Part shown: positions 61,905 to 64,000 of the stretch, one piece after another
Position numbering within the stretch: position 1 is the stretch's first letter
How the letters are laid out: each line of letters opens with the position of its first letter
IMG/VR virus record: IMGVR_UViG_3300004481_000389
Strand: one strand, 5' to 3'
Length of the DNA stretch: 64,000 nucleotides
DNA from: a virus
Made by a program: the position numbers and the translations under genes
The notes under the pieces: model-generated
The model's input: the letters and a program-made list of their open reading frames with translations, nothing else
Databases searched by the model: none
Told to the model about the DNA's origin: nothing

Positions 61905-62174
61905 ATGACAATGGCACCCAATCCCGTCACGGAATTACAAAATTTCCGCTTGAAATACCTTTCTCAATTCAGCAGCGCCGTTTTAATCGGTGGCCTGGAT
62001 TATGAATGTAGTGATGCTTTCAATTATGAAAAGAACACTTCAACTCTACCGTATGAATACGGCCTACCTACCGAAAGGGAAATGAATCGCTGGTGTGAGC
62101 AACAAGCTGAACACCCTAGCTTTAGATTGAGCAATGCGACTTTACTGCCACAACACACACCAGAACTTTTTTAA
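61905..62174 (+). CDS. hypothetical protein
   Basis: 89-aa ORF. Confidence 0.45.
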   Translation: MTMAPNPVTELQNFRLKYLSQFSSAVLIGGLDYECSDAFNYEKNTSTLPYEYGLPTEREMNRWCEQQAEHPSFRLSNATLLPQHTPELF

Positions 62175-62187
62175 GGGGATACATATC

Positions 62188-62514
62188 ATGCGTAATGGAT
62201 TAGGTTTTATCAGCAATCGTTCACGTAACAACAACCATGTTTCAGCACCACGTACAGAGCAAAGCATGGGTAAATACGTGCTTAAAGACCTGGAACAAAC
62301 AGCAGAGGTTTTTGAGCTGCTTAGTCTGTCTGTAACTGGTGTAAATACCCCGATGCAAGTGCGCTTGCGTTCAACCTACAACGGCGCTATTCACACGTTC
62401 GATAACTTCTGGAAGATCCGTCCAGCATTCCCAAATGAAGCCCAGGCGGGGGCGCGTCAGGGATCGATCCAGTTTGATCAATACTGGGCCGCTAATGCAC
62501 ACCAGTATTATTGA
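62188..62514 (+). CDS. hypothetical protein
   Basis: The ATG at 62188 has an AAGGGG RBS; the track start is 62134. Confidence 0.45.
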   Translation: MRNGLGFISNRSRNNNHVSAPRTEQSMGKYVLKDLEQTAEVFELLSLSVTGVNTPMQVRLRSTYNGAIHTFDNFWKIRPAFPNEAQAGARQGSIQFDQYWAANAHQYY

Positions 62515-62521
62515 GGTCCCA

Positions 62522-62908
62522 ATGAGCTATACACACTTCCATGCCCGTCAGTCTGGCCGTACTACCCGTATGCTGAAACAAGCCCTGGATGCCTTAGTTA
62601 AGGATCATGCAGTCTATATTCTGTCTGCAGATGAAACACGCGCACACCACTTGAAAGAGAGGTTTCGCCAGGTATGCCAGCAAAGTAACTACCTGGTAGC
62701 CTCTACTCCAAAGTTTGAGACATTGCGTTCTATTGGCCAGGAAAATATAGACTGGGTAAATACGCGCATTCATAGGGCGCATTCCAACTGCAGATTATTC
62801 ATTGATCATCATGTTTATGAGCATGTCTTTGGTCACTTGATCAATGGATACCATGCTTATGATAGTCAGATAGTGATTAATCCGTTAAGTGTCTATAAAT
62901 CGCTGTAG
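62522..62908 (+). CDS. hypothetical protein
   Basis: The ATG at 62522 is preferred; the track start is 62435. Confidence 0.45.
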   Translation: MSYTHFHARQSGRTTRMLKQALDALVKDHAVYILSADETRAHHLKERFRQVCQQSNYLVASTPKFETLRSIGQENIDWVNTRIHRAHSNCRLFIDHHVYEHVFGHLINGYHAYDSQIVINPLSVYKSL

Positions 62909-62927
62909 AGCGTAAATAGGACAAACC

Positions 62928-62956
62928 AGGGTAAGCATAAAGCTTGCCCTTTTTTA
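62928..62956 (+). terminator. rho-independent terminator
   Basis: gggtaagc-ataaa-gcttgccc followed by T6. Confidence 0.7.
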
Positions 62957-63037
62957 TGCCTAAAGTTTGGCCTAGACCCTTATAGTTCAAAGCATCACGT
63001 GATATTATTAGTTAATGACTAACTTATAAATAAATCT

Positions 63038-63235
63038 ATGACTAACATATTATCTTTTTATTCTGAAAAAGACCGTCAGCACTATGACTGTGAGCAATGC
63101 CGTACTGATGCAGGGGCTTTTCCCGTTTACATGATTTGTTGCCCTGAATGCGGCAATAAACGCTGTCCACAAGCCATTAATCACCGGAATAAGTGTACTG
63201 GCAGTAATGAGCCTAACCAGGCGAGAGAGTTTTAA
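63038..63235 (+). CDS. small Cys-rich zinc-ribbon protein
   Basis: CEQC...CCPECGNKRCPQ...C. Confidence 0.5.
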   Translation: MTNILSFYSEKDRQHYDCEQCRTDAGAFPVYMICCPECGNKRCPQAINHRNKCTGSNEPNQAREF

Positions 63236-63522
63236 TGAATCATGTTCTAGTTTTGGGCCGCCGTGGTCGATCTTTAAGCCTGGGCTTATTGATTCAACAG
63301 TTTCAAGTGATGGAGGTTCACGATGTTGTCACTGGTAATACGCCGATAACGACAACATACGCCGAGATAAAGGAAATACAAGAAAAACTAACCAGGGCTG
63401 AAAAATCACAGCCTAAATGCTTTTTTGTCATGCCTAAACATCATCGTATTAATCAGCACCCTAACGATGATTGGCGGGGCCGTGGTAATCGTAAAAAGCG
63501 TATTAAAAGGAATGACCGTTAA
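63235..63522 (+). CDS. hypothetical protein with a basic C-terminus
   Basis: 95 aa with a TAATG overlap. Confidence 0.45.
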   Translation: MNHVLVLGRRGRSLSLGLLIQQFQVMEVHDVVTGNTPITTTYAEIKEIQEKLTRAEKSQPKCFFVMPKHHRINQHPNDDWRGRGNRKKRIKRNDR

Positions 63523-63905
63523 TGTCTGCCATCCAATTTGTTAAGCGTTTTGGCGTACTACAGGCTAAAGACGCATTGAAAACCGCACCATTTGAAACGA
63601 CCCATATCGCCACTGATGAGCATGGGATTTATAAAATCCGTGTGGATGATCGAGGTCAATCAATCTTCAATCGGCCTAATCAAGAATGGTGGGGATTAGG
63701 CCGTAACTATGACTGTGATCTATACGATATTCATGAGATTAAGGACCTAGTTGATGCTTTGGATCTGATCCGAAACATCGGTGACAAGATCCATGACTAC
63801 CTAGACGGCGAACTGGCTAATTTCTGGATGCACGGATTGAAGTATTCGCAAGAAAGGATCGCCCAGGCTTACAACTTGGTTAAAGCGTATGAGGCCGAAC
63901 AATGA
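63522..63905 (+). CDS. hypothetical protein
   Basis: 127 aa with a TAATG overlap. Confidence 0.45.
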   Translation: MSAIQFVKRFGVLQAKDALKTAPFETTHIATDEHGIYKIRVDDRGQSIFNRPNQEWWGLGRNYDCDLYDIHEIKDLVDALDLIRNIGDKIHDYLDGELANFWMHGLKYSQERIAQAYNLVKAYEAEQ

Positions 63906-64000
63906 TTGCTGCACTTATGATTGTGGGCATTATGGCTGCCATGAGTATTGATTCACAAAAACCAGCACACACCAATTATTCACTGGTGGCTTTGGCCGCT
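63902..64000 (+). CDS. 5' part of a membrane-protein ORF that runs off the window
   Basis: ATGA overlap. Hydrophobic N-terminus MIAALMIVGIMAAM. Confidence 0.3.
   Translation, partial: MIAALMIVGIMAAMSIDSQKPAHTNYSLVALAA

Noticed and set aside
1-64000. Search for a large terminase, rRNA or tRNA genes, IS elements or transposases
   Set aside because: No ORF shows a TerL-type Walker A plus nuclease pattern or transposase DDE motifs, and no rRNA or tRNA-like sequences were seen. TerL presumably lies outside this window.

Overview
The window is one continuous piece of a temperate, contractile-tailed phage genome, about 42% GC. It is most likely a phage-plasmid, or an excised or circularly permuted prophage. 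A P4-type integrase at 45054-46277 has phage genes on both sides, and a ParF/ParG-type partition cassette lies at 1218-2164.

Layout:
- 1-2500: two unknown genes, the parG-like and parA genes, and arrays of phased 8-bp TGCA boxes.
- 2505-18209: virion genes (possible protease/scaffold, putative capsid, tail sheath, baseplate spike), interrupted by a complete lysis cassette at 13869-15720 (two holin-like proteins, a GH108 endolysin, overlapping spanins).
- 18218-32556: about 14 kb of large and paralogous proteins. These include a 2242-aa N6-adenine methyltransferase plus SNF2 helicase fusion, a 662-aa HExxH protein, a 974-aa protein and a 341-aa protein with a pyrophosphatase-like domain. I read this block as a divergent, expanded relative of the phage P1 Dar system (capsid-delivered anti-restriction). 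It is the most interesting candidate system in the window.
- 32611-44874: portal, tape-measure/lysozyme protein, baseplate J/I-like proteins, a 1229-aa repeat-rich tail fibre and its accessory protein.
- 45054-52683: integrase, two accessory 'moron' genes (non-essential, separately terminated), and a leftward early operon (SSB, HU, YqaJ exonuclease, RecT).
- 51922-57611: lambda-like immunity and replication region. It holds a CI-like repressor that seems to lack the self-cleavage dyad, a lambda-Cro homologue, an O-like initiator with in-gene iterons, a P-like protein, TraR, a YbcO-like protein and a RuvC-like resolvase.
- 57729-64000: an HTH protein, a small-terminase-like gene carrying GAAAC repeats, a cluster of small membrane proteins, and unknown small genes.

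I saw no tRNA, rRNA, CRISPR array, IS element or recognisable large terminase. All functional calls rest on motif recognition from memory and on gene context. No searches were run.
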